A stretch of DNA of 63,894 bases, the filler included, from Candidatus Tectimicrobiota bacterium (GTDB lineage: Bacteria > JACPSX01), in assembly GCA_016193065.1 (NCBI GenBank). It is 6 parts of 6 records of this genome, joined end to end, with 100 filler letters (N's around TTAATTAATTAA, not from the genome) between each part and the next. Parts side by side here need not be neighbours in the genome. Positions count along the whole stretch, not along the records: positions 61,393 to 63,894 come from JACPSX010000103.1; 5 more parts are not named here. One strand, 5' to 3'. The notes beneath the pieces were generated by a model that did not search any database, was not told the origin of the DNA, and worked only from the letters and a program-made list of their open reading frames with translations. Position 1 is the stretch's first letter. The number at the start of each line of letters is the position of its first letter. The translations under genes and the position numbers were made by a program. Positions 62,034 through 63,894 of this stretch are shown here, piece by piece.

Positions 62034-62410
62034 AGAAGAGTGTCAAGAAATTGCTGGAGAAATCTGACCATGCCCTGGAAGTCGCGGAGGCTCTGTATCG
62101 GCAGGGATATCTCACAGATGCAGCGAGCAAGACCTATTACGCCATGTTCTACGCGGCTCAGGCCCTTCTGAAATCCGAGGGGATTGAGGTGGGAAAGCAC
62201 TCTGCTGTTGAATCTGCTTTAGGCTTCCATTTTGCCAAAACCCGCAGATTGGATCCCAAGTACCATCGGATGTTGATCAACGCGCGCAAAATCAGAGAGA
62301 TTGTAGACTACGACATCCAGGAAGAGCCGGTGGAGCCGGAAAAGACGTTGAGATTGGAAGACGGGAAAGAGTTCGTAGCCACGATCAAGAAAATGCTGAA
62401 AGCAAACTGA
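62030..62410 (+). CDS. HEPN-domain protein
   Basis: YYAMFYAAQALL..KHS...REIVDY; paired with MNT. Confidence 0.88.
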   Translation: MKKSVKKLLEKSDHALEVAEALYRQGYLTDAASKTYYAMFYAAQALLKSEGIEVGKHSAVESALGFHFAKTRRLDPKYHRMLINARKIREIVDYDIQEEPVEPEKTLRLEDGKEFVATIKKMLKAN

Positions 62411-62425
62411 GGATACTTCGTTCTG

Positions 62426-63894
62426 ATGCTTCTGCAGGAACTGAGGGCGGAATTTAACGAGTACTTCCAGTTGCCGGGAGGCCAACTGATCCTGTGGCTG
62501 GATCCGGGGGTCCAGTGGCGGGGCGTTGTCCCCCAACTGACGGGTGATTTCCAGGTCGTCACCTACCAGGGGAGCCAACTGGAGGTAAAGGCTGCGGTGG
62601 AGCTGGCCTGGGCGAGAAAGGAGCGCCCCCGCTTTGTGCTCTACCTCCCTGGATTGTCTGCTGTCCGGCTCAACGTCCTCAAGGAATACGAATTCTGCGG
62701 CAAGGTGTACGAGGAGTCGATTCTTCAGGCTTTGCGCCGCTGGGACGTGGAGTTTGACCGGGCCCACGAGCCTGAACTTGAAAAGATTCTGCCCATCGCC
62801 GTAAGGCACCTGGCACACTGCGGGAACTTCAGGCGGCGGGCACCTACGAGGTCTTCTGCGACTTTGTGGCCGAGGAATTTGGAGGGCCGTCACTGCGGGA
62901 TTCAGAGCCGGCCAAGTGGGCGGTCCAGTTCACAGGGTATCTGACCTTGACGGAGGTCCGGGCCCGATCCGGAAAACCCGCGGCGTTCCCTGCATTTGAT
63001 GTGCGCTGGGCCGACGAGCGGCACGAGGGCACCTGCCTCGGCTTCCTTCGGGACTGGCTGAGAAACGCCTCCTACAAGGAAGATTTCAAGCGGCTCTCCC
63101 GGCAAGCGGAGGAGACCTACAACCTGAGCAGTTGGGCGGCGGGCTTGTCCGAGCCAACGGACGCTGAGAGTTCCTTGAAGGTCGAGTTGATCCATGAGAG
63201 AGGGATGATCGCCAAAATCGACGGGCTGAAATCCGTACAGGATCTCAAGGAATCCATCGAGGAGCAGGGTTCTCTCATCGATCGGATGGAATCTCACTTC
63301 TGGTCGGAAGAAGGAGAGGTTGCCGTCTGGCGCGCTCTCTCAACGGCGGGAAAAATATTCAAGCAGCTTGACCTGGCCATGCATGAGCTGAAAGAGGCCG
63401 GGACGGCGGAACATCTCGTCCAGCGATACAGGGAAGACTGGTGGCGGATGGACCGCTTCTATCGAGGCTATCGCCGGGATCACGACGGGGTGGACCGGAT
63501 CGCAAGGGTTTCGGAGCAGGTACGATCCGTCTACCGGGAGTATCTCCTGGCGTTGAACGAGAAATTTGTCGATCTCCTCACCCGTGGAAAGGGCAGGCCC
63601 GTTCTGGAAGGTATCCCTCCGCAAGCGGATTTCTGGAACCGGGCCGTCAGCAAGAAAAAGAAGAAGCGGGCGGTTTTCTTTGTGGACGCCCTGCGGTACG
63701 AGCTCGCCAAGGAGCTGGAGGAGAACCTGAAGCGGGAATTCCCAGAAGCGGTGATTTCTTTGGGAGCTTTGCAGGGGGCGTTTCCCTCCCTGACCGATAT
63801 TGGAATGGCCGCGCTGCTGCCGTCGGAACCCCTCTCCCTTTCTGTGAGCAGTGGCCAGTGGGATGTCCGCTCCGGGAAAAAGTCAGGGAACCTG
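62426..63894 (+). CDS. pglZ: PglZ-domain protein (BREX), frameshifted at ~62806, partial
   Basis: LILWLDP N-terminus; second frame open to the window end with FFVDALRYELA...FPSLTDIGMAALLP. Confidence 0.78.

Overview
The window is six unlinked contigs of a GC-rich, probably metagenome-assembled diderm bacterium, joined by N-TTAATTAATTAA-N linkers (14633-14732, 28837-28936, 46294-46393, 56916-57015, 61293-61392). Contig 1: a selenocysteine peroxiredoxin with a SECIS that the ORF track misses, TPP riboswitch-thiC, a zincin/ATP-grasp/SagB-type trio, mntP, cyclophilin, a damaged FadF-like gene and mobile debris. Contig 2: housekeeping genes (hldE-like, purBCSQLF, mltD-like, gpmI, rsfS, nadD, proA, proB). 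Contig 3 is the accessory hotspot. It holds an integron whose intI is co-oriented with its cassettes and is interrupted twice by RIT-type tyrosine-recombinase elements, at the catalytic Arg and Tyr codons; both elements have the same end architecture with an inverted copy of the target core. Next come two cassettes (FRG, HEAT lipoprotein), an IS21 remnant, an autoregulated leaderless HTH-MTase/REase pair, HicBA, AbiE, three remnants of a RAYT-like transposase, and narXL-cytochrome c-narG/nxrA-like. Contig 4: tandem cobalamin riboswitches-TonB receptor, a MITE-like element, a Rieske/amidohydrolase (putative oxygenase) trio and Rrf2-sufBCDS. Contig 5: a sigma54 two-component system with HMA/SHOCT targets. 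Contig 6: BREX-like pglX/pglZ with MNT-HEPN between them. Several genes carry short deletions or frameshifts that may be assembly errors. All calls come from reading motifs by eye; no searches were run.
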